A stretch of DNA of 64,000 bases from the NCBI GenBank assembly GCA_964016885.1, contig OZ024759.1:18042001-18106000 (forward strand). The letters are read 5' to 3'. Below the pieces are notes generated by a model. That model saw nothing but the letters and a program-made list of their open reading frames with translations, had not been told where the DNA came from and did not search any database. Source of the DNA: Eledone cirrhosa. Taxonomy: Eukaryota. This document shows positions 1 to 12,458 of the stretch, piece after piece (position 1 is the stretch's first letter; every line of letters begins with the position of its first letter). A program made the translations under genes and the position numbers.

Positions 1-258
1 GTGTTAGGAAGGGCATCCAGCTGTAGAAAACCCGCCAGACAGTCCACGCTGAAATGTGGCCGTGTAGGCAACACGGTAAAAACCTCCCAGCCCCACACTG
101 TAAATGTGGTTGGTGTTAGGAAGGGCATCCAGCTGTAGAAAACCCGCCAGACAGTCCTATGCGAGCAAGACAATCACTCTTGCCTCAAGTGGGAAAACCC
201 CCGTCGAAACCCATGCAAGCGTGGAACACGGACGTTAAACGTTGATGATGATGATGAT
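1..258 (+). mobile_element. SINE/RTE-type 3' module (GTTAGGAAGGGCATCCAGCTGTAGAAA ... CGGACGTTAAAC(GAT)n) with an internal tandem duplication
   Basis: Same module recurs at 33868-34105 (+), 40421-40603 (-) and 55855-56030 (+); ends in a (GAT)n tail; 1-45 is repeated at 113-157. Confidence 0.75.
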
Positions 259-1129
259 GTATGTATGTATATATATATACATATATATATGTATGTATAT
301 ATACATATATATATGTATATACACATATATATATGTATGTATATATACATATATATATACACTTATACACACACACAAATAGATATATATATGCCTGGAA
401 CCCATTTCCCTATTATACCATCTTATAAAATATATCAGTGATTATGATCAAGTTGGCATCAATTCATGTTCATATTCAATTATTTATAGAATTAAGACTG
501 CTCTCATTAGCTGCATTGATTAGTCATTAATTATTTATTGGCATTTGATAATTTAGATAAATAAAAATTACATCTTTTCGAACAATATATATATATATAT
601 TTTTTTTTTTTCGTTTATTATCTATTTTCTTTCTTTTTTATTTCTTTTTCTTTTTTTCATTTATCATTTTTCTGGTGTTTTTTTTATTCATTATTTTTCT
701 CCTTTTGTTTATTATTTTATATTTTTTCCCTTTTTTTTCAGTTATTATATTTATTCATTTATTTATTTTCTTGTTTGTTTGGTTTTTTTTTAATTTATTA
801 ATCATTTTTTTCCATATATTATCTTTTTTTTTTTTTTTTTGATTTATTCTTATTTTCTTCCTATAATTTATTGCTAATAGTCTTGCAGACATATTTAACA
901 TGAAATCTAGGTGATTCTGTTATCAATAACTTACCTCTATTTTGATAAAGTCATGTAGTCTAGTAGTTAGGCTGTTGGACTGCCAGTGATAAGATCCTGG
1001 TTTCAACTCCTTTGCTAAGTAGCATATTGTGTTTAGTGTTTTGACTGTACATATGAAAGAGAAGGAGCTGGCATACAATCTATAGAATGTACACAATGCA
1101 TGTCTTGGGTTCCACCACCAGTGTTCTCA

Positions 1130-1341
1130 CAAGCCATTCCTCTACACCTAGTAGAAGGAAGATGCAGTAGAGGAAGACCACGGAAAACATGGTTGGAGGT
1201 GGTGAGAGCTGATCCCAGATTTCTGAAGCTCACAGAGGAGATGATAAAGGACCATGACAAATGGAAAGATGGTTTGCTGAAGAGGACCATCCCACCCTTG
1301 CAAGCAGGGAAAAGTGGACAAAAAAGGATGATGATGATGAT
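1130..1341 (+). mobile_element. 5'-truncated RTE-clade LINE 3' end (ORF2 C-terminus plus (GAT)n tail)
   Basis: Translates VEGRCSRGRPRKTWLEVVRAD...TEEMIKDHDKWK, the typical RTE C-terminal GRPRKTW...DR..W motif; related copies at about 21345-21520 and 60624-60790. Confidence 0.8.
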
Positions 1342-1344
1342 CAT

Positions 1345-1498
1345 CAGCTCAGTGAGGCACAGATACCTGTCCTTTCTGAGAGATCGGTACTGAGTCCGCT
1401 TCAGTACAAACTTGATCTCTGTAGACCCATCCGACCCTTGCAAGCAGTGGAAAGCGGACATAAAATGATGATGATGAGGAAGATGACGATGGTGATGG

Positions 1499-1538
<40 letters not shown>

Positions 1539-1648
1539 CAGGGAAACACAGATCCCTGTCCTGTCTGGGAGTTCGGTACTGACTCCGTTTCAGTACTGAC
1601 TTGATCTCTGTAGACCCATCCAACCCTTGCAAACAGGAAAAGTGGATA
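1345..1648 (+). repeat. two tandem copies of a retroelement 3' module separated by (GAT)n
   Basis: CAGATMCCTGTCCT...TTCAGTAC...CTTGATCTCTGTAGACCCATCCRACCCTTGCAA occurs at about 1360-1465 and 1549-1645. Confidence 0.6.
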
Positions 1649-1872
1649 TTAACCCTTTAGTATTCACATTACTCTATATATACTGTTATAATTTCATGGT
1701 AAAGGCTTTACCTCACATAATTATCTCACATAATATTGAATCTATGAGATTTTGAAAGTATTTATTTTGAAAACAATACCTCAATTTGAGCGCGACCGGT
1801 TATAGCCAGGTTCAACAGAAAGAGGTAGAAAATTCTGGCCGGTTTTGGCCGGTTTGAACATTAAAGGGTTAA
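1649..1872. mobile_element. piggyBac-type MITE (~220 bp)
   Basis: TTAA-CCCTTTA ... TAAAGGG-TTAA ends (CCCT termini with TTAA target duplication); no ORF; many copies in the window. Confidence 0.8.
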
Positions 1873-2104
1873 AATGGCGAAATGATGATGGTTCTCCTGC
1901 CATACACAGGACTAGATTTAGACCTAGGAAACTCCAGGGCATATACTCCCACTCCTCCTCTGATAAATCCAGCCCTGGCCATAAACCAATGGAAATACTG
2001 TTTACTTGATTGATCATCCTCTCCTTTACTTCATTTTCTTTTTTCTAAAATATAACTTAGAGAGCTTTACTGAAATTATTTATTTCATTGTTAAGATATT
2101 AACA

Positions 2105-2322
2105 TTAACCCTTTAGCATTTACATTACTCTATATACACTATTATATTTCCACGGTAAAGACTTTACTTCACATAATTATCTCACATAATATTGAATGTA
2201 TGAGATTTTGATATTATATATTTTGAGAATAATACCTTAACATAAGTATGAACGGCCAGTTACAACCGGTTTGAACAGAAAGAGGTGAGAGAATTCTGGC
2301 AGGATACGGCAGGTTTAAATGC
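2105..2322. mobile_element. piggyBac-type MITE, right end truncated
   Basis: Colinear with 1649-1872; starts TTAACCCTTTAGCATT. Confidence 0.75.
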
Positions 2323-2436
2323 AAAATTTTATCTTTTGATGAAGGACTAATGCAAGCGTTAAACTAATATATTTTTTCATTGTACTGTGTTGTTTGCTAT
2401 GTATTTCTGTTTACTGTTTACATACACACACACGCA

Positions 2437-2467
<31 letters not shown>

Positions 2468-2725
2468 AACAGTCGAGCTCAGCCATCAGGGTCCTGAATC
2501 TTTTCATATATATATATTAATGCCCTACCAAGTGCCAACCAATAATATTTAAGTATGGTGTATATATGCCCGTAATATCAAACCACTACACTGCTGGATG
2601 TAAATTGCTTCAGAAAGTCTCATCCAACCCATGCCAGCCTGGAAAAGTCGATGTAAAGATAATGATGATAATGTCTGTATGATATATGCTTGTGATATAT
2701 GTGTGAATATATATATATATATATA

Positions 2726-3138
2726 TCATCATCATCATTTTACGTCCGCTTTTCCCTGCTTGCAAGGGTGGGACGGGAACTGATTCTGGCTTGATTTCTA
2801 CAGCTGGATGCCCTTCCTAACACCAACCTTATTTACAGTGAGTGGTGCCTACCCGTCCACTTTACCGTGAGTGCTGGGTGCTTTTTTGTCGTGGCACCAC
2901 CACGACCACTTTGCAGTGTGCGGGGGGGGGGGGGGGGGGGGCATATATGCTTCAGCTTCGGCTTGTTCCTGTGGGGGTTCAGGTCTTCTGTATTACTGCG
3001 TGACGCCAGAGGTCACGATCGTGTGTCATTGCCCTTGAGAGGTGTAATTGGGTAATTCGGCCTTTATTATCTCATCCCAGGTCTTCTTGGATTTCCCCAC
3101 TCCGCGGCTTCCATCGACTTCTGGTGCTCTGCACTTTT
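2726..3138 (-). mobile_element. RTE-derived element (ORF2 C-terminal remnant, 3' UTR, (GAT)n tail)
   Basis: Minus strand reads CRAPEVDGSRGVGKSKKTWDEIIKAEL, followed by the AGGAAGGGCATCCAGCTGTAGAAA module; homologous to 55043-55532. Confidence 0.7.
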
Positions 3139-3726
3139 ATATATACATATATATATATGTATATGTGCCATATATATATATTTCCTTATATTTATGCTTT
3201 TGATTTGATTTGGGGATAGTCACAGTGGTAGTGGTGGTGTTGGTGGTGGTGTTGATGGTGGCGGTTACTGTTGTAGTGGTGAATTTCTATTAACATTGTA
3301 AATTTGTTTATTGTCAGTGTAAAGAGATAAAACATTTTTGCCAATGGACTGGCAAAAGATGCATTAGTATCAGTAGTAGAGGTAGTGGTGGTGGTGTTAG
3401 TGGTAGTAGTGGTAGTAGTATTAGTGGTGGTGGTGCTATTAGTGGTAGTAGTAGTGGTGGTGGTAGTAGTAGTAATAGTAGTAGTAGTAGTACAAGCAAC
3501 AGCAGCAGCAGTTGGTATTTGTAATTTGGAGCTCAAGTAGAGGAGATTTATCTTGCACAATATAGGAAAATTAAATATATTGTTAGGGGGAAAAAGGCCT
3601 AAAAGAAAAAGACCCCCCCCCCCCCCCCGCAAAAAACTAACAAGAACAGTGCTTTGGAAGAAATATTGATAACCTCTTGAGTTTCTGTTTATTTTCAAGT
3701 TAAATAGGATCTTTCTGACTACAATT

Positions 3727-5503
3727 GTGTGAGCATGTGTGTGTCATTGGTGGAGTGTGTGTGGGTAAGTGTATGTCATTGTGGGATGTGTGTGGGTAAG
3801 TGTATGTCATTGGTGAAGTGTGTGTCATTGGTAGAGTGTGTGTGGGTAAGTGTATGTCATTGTGGAGTGTGTGTGGGTAAGTGTATGTCATTGGTGAAGT
3901 GTATGTCATTGGTGGAGTGTGTGGAGGTAAGTGTATGTCATTGGTGGAGTGTGTGTCATTGTGAAGTGTGTGTCATTGGTGGAGTGTGTGTATATGTATC
4001 ATTGGTGGAGTGTGTGTGTATTGTTGGTGGAGAGTGTAGGCAAGTGTGTGTGTGTCATTGGTCAAGTGTGTAGGCAAGTGTGTGTGTATTGTTGGTCGAG
4101 AATTTAGGGAAATGTGTGTGTATTGGTGAAGTGTGTGAGTATGTATGTATGTATATATATATATATATCATTGATGATGTGTGTGAGGAAGTGTGTATCA
4201 TTGAAGTGTGTGGGTCTGTGTGTGTATATATTGGTGAAATATGTGTACAAGTGTGTATGTATTGTAGGCAAGTGTGTATATATTATTGAAGTGTGTATGT
4301 ATTGTTGGAATGTGTAGACAAGTGTGTGTATATTAATGAAGTGTGTATGTATTGTTGGAATGTGTAGGCAAGTGTGTGTATATTAATGAAGTGTGTATGT
4401 ATTGTTGGAATGTGTAGGCAAGTGTGTATATATTATTGAAGTGTGTATGTATTATTGGAATGTGTAGGCAAGTGTGTATATATTATTGAAGTGTGTATGT
4501 ATTGTTGGAATGTGTAGGCAAGTGTGTATATATTATTGAAGTGTGTATGTATTGTTGGAATGTGTAGGCAAGTGTGTATATATTATTGAAGTGTGTATGT
4601 ATTGTTGGAATGTGTAGGCAAGTGTGTATATATTATTGAAGTGTGTATGTATTGTTGGAATGTGTAGGCAAGTGTGTGTATATTAATGAAGTGTGTATGT
4701 ATTATTGGAATGTGTAGGCAAGTGTGTATATATTATTGAAGTGTGTATGTATTGTTGGAATGTGTAGGCAAGTGTGTATATATTATTAAAGTGTGTATGT
4801 ATTGTTGGAATGTGTAGGCAAGTGTGTATATATTATTGAAGTGTGTATGTATTGTTGGAATGTGTAGGCAAGTGTGTATATATTATTAAAGTGTGTATGT
4901 ATTGTTGGAATGTGTAGGCAAGTGTGTATATATTATTAAAGTGTGTATGTATTGTTGGAATGTGTAGGCAAGTGTGTATATATTATTGAAGTGTGTATGT
5001 ATTGTTGGAATGTGTAGGCAAGTGTGTATATATTATTAAAGTGTGTATGTAGTGTTGGAATGTGTAGGCAAGTGTGTATATATTATTAAAGTGTGTATGT
5101 ATTGTTGGAATGTGTAGGCAAGTGTGTATATATTATTAAAGTGTGTATGTATTGTTGGAATGTGTAGGCAAGTGTGTATATATTATTGAAGTGTGTATGT
5201 ATTGTTGGAATGTGTAGGCAAGTGTGTATATATTATTAAAGTGTGTATGTATTGTTGGAATGTGTAGGCAAGTGTGTATATATTATTAAAGTGTGTATGT
5301 AGTGTTGGAATGTGTAGGCAAGTGTGTATATATATGATTGAAGTGTGTATGTATTGTTGGAATGTGTAGGCAAGTGTGTATATATTATTGAAGTGTGTAT
5401 GTATTGTTGGAATGTGTAGGCAAGTGTGTATATATTATTAAACTGTGTATGTATTGTTGGAATGTGTAGGCAAGTGTGTATATAATATTGAAGTGTGTAT
5501 GTA
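3727..5503. repeat. 50-bp satellite (~24 copies, 4291-5503) preceded by degenerate GT-rich units
   Basis: Unit GTGTGTATGTATTGTTGGAATGTGTAGGCAAGTGTGTATATATTATTGAA. Confidence 0.95.
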
Positions 5504-6254
5504 TAGCTGGTGGAGTGTATGGGCCTCTGTGTACATATTGGTGACAGGTGTGAACAAATGTATAAGTATTGGGGAAGTGTATATATCTCATTGAAGAAGA
5601 GTATGATCAGGTGTGTATATATTGGTGGTGCAGTGTGTTGATAGATGTGTATATATTGGTGATGGAATATATTGTTCTTGGTGAAGTGTGTAATAAAGAA
5701 ATAATGTGTATATGTTTATGCGTGTGTAGGAATTAATAATCAGTGGGTGTATATATATACACACACATATATGTTGTATATATATATAGAGGAAATGGTA
5801 TATATTTTATCTTGTGATTCTATAGACATGTTTTCTGATATATATATATATATGTACATACACATATATATGCTGTGAATATATATATATGTATGTACAC
5901 ACACATATATATGTTGTGTATATATATATATGTGTATACCAGTTGGTGTTGTGTACATGGCATATATATGTTGGTGTGTTTGTGTGTGTGTGATAGATGG
6001 TTGAAAGATCTTTGGGATGAAAAAAAAACTAAGAAAAACATCAGATCTGTGTGGGTGGGATAACAATAACAAAACAACAAAATCAGTTTGGGAGGGAACG
6101 ATAACATAAAAAACATACACACAAAAAAAAGAAATATTTTTTTTTGGGGGGAGGGGTGGAGAAAGAAAGGAAATTACAAAAAGCAAAGCAGTACCAACAT
6201 CAACAAGTAATAATAATAGTGATAATAGTGATGTATGATAATAATAATAGTAGC

Positions 6255-6570
6255 AATGATGATGGTGGTGGTCGTGGTGATGGTGGTGGTGGCGGTGATG
6301 ATGGTGGTGGTGGTTTTGGTTGTTGTGGTGGTGGTGGTGGCGGTGGTGGTTCTGGCTGTAGTGGCGGTGGTGGTGGTGGACGTGGTGTTGGTGGTGGTGA
6401 TGATGGTGGTGGTGGTGGTGGTGGTTTTGGTTGTGGTGGTGGTGTTGGTTTGTTGTGGTGGTGGTGGTGGTGGTGGTGGTGGTGGTGGTGGTGGTTTGTT
6501 GTTGTGGTGGTGGTGGCGGTGGTGGTTCTGGCGGTGGCAGTGGTGGTGGTGGACGTGGTGTTGGTTTGTT
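6255..6570. repeat. (GGT)n-type microsatellite
   Basis: Direct inspection. Confidence 0.95.
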
Positions 6571-6963
6571 GTGTTGTGAGGAAGATCAGACATTTCTAGT
6601 GGAAAGAAATGTTTAATCAATGAGATCAATATCAGTCAGTACATGACTGGTACTTTAGTTTATTGATTTCTGTATCTACTCCAGAGGGCTGAACAACACT
6701 TACGCTGTCTTTCATTTACAACAACTGTAACAACAACAATGACAATAGCAGTCATAACAAATCTGACAGTTTAGAGTTGGATTTTAGTCTTCACATTTGT
6801 TATTACTATATATATATATAGTAATGATAATAAATGTGAAAACTAAAATCTGAAGAGGGCTCGATAAGGATAATATATATATATCACAATATATAAAACC
6901 ATAGAGCAAATATTTATTAAAATAACAGATCAAAGTTTAAGCAAAGAATTGCTGCTTTCACCC

Positions 6964-7191
6964 TTAACCCTTTAGCATTCACATTACTCTATATTTACTA
7001 TTATATTTTCATGGAAAAGGCTTTACGTCGCATAATTATCTCAGTTAATATCGAATCTATAAGATTTTGAAAGTATTTATTTTGAGAACAATACCTTAAC
7101 ATCAGTTTTAGTGACTAGTTACAGCCAGTTTCAACAGAAAAAGGTAGAGAATTCTGGCCGGTTTTAGCCAGTTTGAACATTAAAGGGTTAA
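6964..7191. mobile_element. piggyBac-type MITE, full length
   Basis: TTAACCCTTTAG ... TAAAGGGTTAA; colinear with 1649-1872. Confidence 0.8.
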
Positions 7192-7372
7192 CAGGATCTT
7201 CTGAAACTCATACATACATATATATATATATGTAACCAGAAGGGATATTCAATTTGTTGGTAATTCAACAAATATAAATGTTTATAACTGATTCAGAGCA
7301 CTCGACAAGTTTTCTGGAGTATAATATTCAATGATATTAAATAAATGGAAACTATATTTATAAAACCATATT

Positions 7373-7434
7373 TATTCTATTATATATATTTCAAGGGTAC
7401 CAAAAACTTTGGTACGCTTTCATCAGATAAAATA
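7373..7434 (-). ncRNA. minimal type-I hammerhead ribozyme motif
   Basis: Minus strand: TATTTTAT CTGATGA AAGCGTACCAAAGTTTTTGGTACCCTT GAAA TATATA TA ATAGAATA; stems I and II pair, stem III is palindromic. Confidence 0.6.
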
Positions 7435-7533
7435 CAAAGTGTGTTTTATAAATTGTTGGGTTACTATCCAAGGAAAATTTCAACCGTTAATGTATGTTCC
7501 TTGGCTATGTCAAAATTTATAAAACACACTTTG

Positions 7534-7595
7534 TATTTTATCTGATGAAAGCGTACCAAAGTTTTTGATGCCCTTGAAATATATATAATAGAATA
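7534..7595 (+). ncRNA. minimal type-I hammerhead ribozyme motif
   Basis: TATTTTAT CTGATGA(7542-7548) stem II (partly mutated) GAAA(7576-7579) TATATA TA ATAGAATA. Confidence 0.55.
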
Positions 7596-7634
7596 AATAT
7601 GGTTTTATAAATATAGTTTCCATTTATTTAATAT

Positions 7635-7682
<48 letters not shown>

Positions 7683-7719
7683 ATGTATGTAAATATATAT
7701 ATATGTGGCAAAAATATTG

Positions 7720-8620
7720 ATATAATTCAATTCAAGAACTCAACGGGAATTTTGCACACAGGTGTGACGGAGTATTTATAGAATAAGGAAATACAAAGTT
7801 TAGATGATAAATTCCTTTATTGAAAAGGCCACAATACATATTTTTCGAGGACGACAATTGGTTATGCAATTCAGCATAGAAGCTATTGCCATGCTCTCTT
7901 CCGACAGCGTCTTACATAATAAAGTTACAATCAAAGAGGTAATCCAAAAATCACTAGAGAGGTTGCCCAGTACCCCTCGCTGCTGTCTTTTGCTCTGGTC
8001 TTGATTCAGTTGTTCACCCCTTCCTTTACATTTTCTTTAGTATTGTAACATTAAAACAATATATCATTCTGAAAGAATCGCGAATAATTTATAATGTTAT
8101 CTAAGCATTTGTAATGTTATTTATGTATATATTTAAAACATATTTGTTATGTTATTCATATGCTCTGTTTATATTTTCATTCTGAAACAATTGCAAACGA
8201 TTTGTAATGTTAGTTATACAACTGTGAATAAAATATTTGTAATGTTATCCAAAATTGGAGTGACAGGGAAACGGGTCTTTGATTCATGAACATTGTTGTT
8301 TGTCTGTTCCCTTGTTGCTTCAATTTTGGATTACCTCCTTGATTGTAACTTTATTATGTAAGACGCTGTCTGAAGAGAGCATGGCAGTGGCTTCTAGGCT
8401 GAAATGTCATCCTCGAAATATGTATCGATAAAGGACTTTATCATCTAAACTTATCGATAAAGGACTTTATCATCTAAACCTTATTGATAAAGGACTTTAT
8501 CATCTAAACCTTATCGATAAAGGACTTTATCATCTAAACCTTATCGATAAAGGACTTTATCATCTAAACCTTATCGATAAAGGACTTTATCATCTAAACT
8601 TTGTATTTCCTCATTCTATA
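7720..8620. mobile_element. long inverted-repeat element (Penelope-like), arms about 7777-7949 and 8324-8620
   Basis: Arms are reverse complements; CTGAAGA(8370-8376)...CTC GAAA(8415-8418); homologous to the element at 59168-60608. Confidence 0.6.
8424..8600. repeat. 30-bp tandem repeat, ~6 copies
   Basis: Unit ATCGATAAAGGACTTTATCATCTAAACCTT. Confidence 0.95.
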
Positions 8621-8725
8621 TATATATATATATATGTATGTAAGTAAAAAGAAATAACAACACAATTGCTACAGTATATGGAAGGAATATATTAGGTTAA
8701 CGCAGTTGGCATAAACTCTATAGAA

Positions 8726-9341
8726 TGTACACAATGCAGATCTTGGGTACACAAGCGTTGTAGTGGGATAGCAGACAAAATAACAGGATGGGAAAACTTC
8801 ATATGTAGTAGATTGTACACAATGCAGATCTTGGGTACACAAGAGGTGTAGTGGGATAGCAGACAAAATAACAGGAAGGGAAAACTTCATATGTAGTAGA
8901 TTGTACACAATGCAGATCTTGGGTACACAAGAGGTGTAGTGGGATAGCAGACAAAATAACAGGATGGGAAAACTTCATATGTAGTAGATTGTACACAATG
9001 CAGATCTTGGGTACACAAGAGGTGTAGTGGGATAGCAGACAAAATAACAGGAAGGGAAAACTTCATATGTAGTAGATTGTACACAATGCAGATCTTGGGT
9101 ACACAAGAGGTGTAGTGGGATAGCAGACAAAATAACAGGATGGGAAAACTTCATATGTAGTAGATTGTACACAATGCAGATCTTGGGTACACAAGAGGTG
9201 TAGTGGGATAGCAGACAAAATAACAGGAAGGGAAAACTTCATATGTAGTAGATTGTACACAATGCAGATCTTGGGTACACAAGAGGTGTAGTGGGATAGC
9301 AGACAAAATAACAGGAAGGGAAAACTTCATATGTAGTAGAT
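8726..9341. repeat. 88-bp tandem repeat, 7 copies
   Basis: Unit TGTACACAATGCAGATCTTGGGTACAC...CATATGTAGTAGAT; the ORF track shows matching ORFs offset by 88. Confidence 0.95.
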
Positions 9342-9384
9342 GTTCAAGGAAATTTGTATGGAAAAACTGATCATATGCAATTTT

Positions 9385-9685
9385 ATCTAAGGCAACATCA
9401 ACTCTAGGAGTCATAGAAGAGGGATTGGTAATAGCCACCAAGCCTGTTGATGGCAGCAACAACTATAGAGTTCATAGGAAAGGGAACTGTAAGGACCACC
9501 AACCTTATTTAGGGCAATACCAACTGTAGGGTTTATGGGAGAAGGGAATTGTAAGGGTTACCAACCTTATTTAGGGCAACATCAACTGTAGTATTTGTGG
9601 GAGAAGGGAATTGTAAGGGTTACCAACCTTAGTTAGGGCAACTACTGTAGGATTCTTGGGAAGGGAATTGTAAGGGTTACCATCT
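9385..9685. repeat. degenerate ~60-bp tandem repeat, ~5 copies
   Basis: Recurrent AGGGCAACATCAACTGTAGG...GAAGGGAATTGTAAGGGTTACCAACCTTA. Confidence 0.7.
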
Positions 9686-10580
9686 TTAGCAAGTTGACCT
9701 TGGCGGAATTTGAACTCAGAGAGCTAGAATGAACAAATACCATATAACATCCTATCCAATGTTCTAACAACTCTGCCAATTTGCCGCCTACACACGATGT
9801 ATATAACAGCACCTATTGCTGTTCAGTGGCCATTATATAAAACCAATCGTTTTTATGACATATTTTGTGTAGAACAGTGGCTATGAAAACACTTTCTTCT
9901 TCTTCTTCTTCTTCTTCTTCTTTGCCTTCTTCTTCTTCTCTGGTTTTTTTTTTTTTTTTTTCGGAGGGAGGGAAGAATAGAATTACATTCCTAAATGTAG
10001 AACTAAACATTCTTCAAGTATTAAGAAAGAGTTATTTTTGTGATAGTTCTTCTCCACAATTCAACTTGAAAGACCATTTTTGTACAATAGGTTTTTCTTT
10101 CTTTTCTTTTCTTTGTCTCCGTTTATTTCTTTTTGTTGTTGTTGCTGCTGTTGTTTTTTTAACTTTAGGTTAATATGAGCCAAAAATGAATAAATAAATA
10201 AATAAAACAAAATGATATAATGGTATGAATAGGAAAATTATACATTTAAAATATCAGATTTTTTTTTCCATCTCTGATAATAGCAATTTTGAAAAATAAT
10301 GTGGACGAATTTCAAAATGAAGATTATGTTGTTGTGGTTGTTGTTGTTGTTGGGGTTTTTATGTTGTGTTTAATATTATTAATATTTTTATTATTATTAT
10401 AAAAAATAGATTGAACATTTTCAATACACATTTAGTTTTTTCTTCTCTCTCTCTCTCCCTCTTTTTTTTTCTTTCTTTCTTTCCATTTTGGAGAAAACTA
10501 ATTTTTTTTTTAATTTAAATTTTTTTATTTAAATTTTTTTATTTAAAATTTTTTAAATTAAAAATCTTTTTTTATTTGAT

Positions 10581-10612
<32 letters not shown>

Positions 10613-11059
10613 TAATATATATTTTATTCAGAAAAAGAAAGCGAAATATATTAATATAAACATTAAGCTGGCCATTTTCCTATTTATTTGACATATTGAC
10701 GAAAGATAGAATCGGTGTGATCATGTGAACAGTGAAATATGAACTAGTGAGTCTGATAGTAAATGTGTGAGCTGAATGCAGAAGTTGAATCAGTAGCAGC
10801 TGGATTGGATGCATGCAAAGGATTATGTTGGATGTGGGCCAATAGGACATATTATATGTGAACTTAGCTGACAGATTTGTATGAGGACAAATTGAGATAA
10901 AAATCTCATCGGATTAGAAAGGAACTCACTGATGTGTATGTGCTGCATGTATATGTGTGTATGTGTATGAATGCATATGTGTGTGTGTGTGTATATATAT
11001 GTATGTACCATTATATATTCATATATAATGGTACATACATATATATACTCACACACACA

Positions 11060-11452
11060 CGGTGGATTGGCAGTATCGGTAGAGGGTCGGACGCCATGCT
11101 TTCCAGCATAGAGTTACGTCCCTTTACGATCTGAGTTCAAATCCCGCCGAGGTTGACTTTGCCTTTCATCCTTACTGGGTCGATAAAATAAAGTACCAGT
11201 GATGCACTGGGTAATTGCTGGCCTTGTGCCTAAAGTAGAAACAATTATATATTCATATATAAGGGCGCTGGATTGGCAGTGTCGGTAGAGGGTCGGACGC
11301 CGTGCTTTGACGCATAGAGTTACGGCCCTTGCCATCCTGAGTTCAAATCCCGCCGAGGTTAACTTCGCCTTTCATCCATACAGGGTCGATAAAATAAAGT
11401 ACCAGTAATGCACTGGGTAATTGCTGGCCTTGTGCCAAAAGTAGAAACAATT
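11060..11452 (+). mobile_element. two tandem tRNA-derived SINEs (family A, ~190 bp each)
   Basis: A-box TGGCAGTATCGG, B-box GAGTTCAAATCC, core TTTGCCTTTCATCC...GGTCGATAAAATAAAGTACCAG, end AAGTAGAAACAATT. Confidence 0.9.
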
Positions 11453-11533
11453 ATATATTCATATATATATATATATGTTATATATATATATATGATGATA
11501 GATACATGTGTATGGTATGTATATGAATGGATA

Positions 11534-11568
<35 letters not shown>

Positions 11569-11608
11569 TCACATACATGTGCGTGGTGTGTATATGAATG
11601 TGTATGTG

Positions 11609-11641
<33 letters not shown>

Positions 11642-12150
11642 GATAGATACGTGTGTGTGTGGTATGTATATGAATGTATATGCATATATATATATGTGTG
11701 TGTGTATGTATATTATATATATGAATATACAATGATATATATATATATATAGAGAGAGAGAGAGGAGGAGAGAGCTAAATAGACAGAAAGATAGATAGAG
11801 AAATGACGATGTTAACTTGTGGAATTATAATCATATATTGATGGGGTTGGAAGCCCCAATACTAGCAGTTCTGTCAAATTTAATATAGATTTTAAGTATA
11901 ATAAACCTTTGCCTTTATTTGCACCTACATTTAATATGACATACACAGTATGTTCTGCTCTTACACATAATACATATGTGCCTGGATATGATATGTGGCT
12001 AAAAGCCAAAGCTATGGCATGCACTGATCTCGCAAACCATTCAATTCCACCTAGATTTTATATATAATAATAATAATAATAATGAAATTATTGTGTACAG
12101 TGTTCAGGTGAACTACAACTCATCAAAGGTTCATGTATAGTACATAGAAT

Positions 12151-12343
12151 AATTGTTTCTACTTTTGGCACAAGGCCAGCAAATACCTAGTGCATTACTG
12201 GTACTTTATTTTATCGACCCCCCGTAAGGATGAAAGGCAAAGTTAACCTCGGTGGGATTTGAACTGAGAATGGCAAGGGCCGTAAATCTATGCAGCAAAG
12301 CATGGCGTCCGAGACTCTACCGATACTGCCAATCCGCCGCCCC
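12151..12343 (-). mobile_element. family A SINE with 13-bp target-site duplication
   Basis: TACATAGAATAAT at 12141-12153 and 12344-12356. Confidence 0.9.
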
Positions 12344-12458
12344 TACATAGAATAATGTACACATGTCAGGAAAATGAACAGTGTACGAGTCATGAAATAC
12401 ATGTATGTATGTGTATGGAGGCTGGATATTAGGTATAGTGTTGGCGAATCTCAGGAAG

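Larger units (their letters stand above)
7231..7639. mobile_element. fold-back element: ~100-bp extension plus 311-bp imperfect palindrome (7329-7639), Penelope-like pseudo-LTR type
   Basis: Arms 7329-7454 and 7514-7639 are reverse complements; second copy at 47138-47541; each arm carries a hammerhead fold. Confidence 0.7.

Noticed and set aside
1649-1660. Telomeric TAACCC seed
   Set aside because: Single unit that is the MITE terminus plus TTAA
8424-8600. CRISPR-like 30-bp palindromic repeats
   Set aside because: No spacers between the repeats
10625-10935. Possible exon in a non-repetitive island
   Set aside because: No sustained open frame or clear donor; could be UTR or regulatory but cannot be supported
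11060-11150. tRNA gene
   Set aside because: A and B boxes are present but continue into a multicopy SINE body; no convincing cloverleaf
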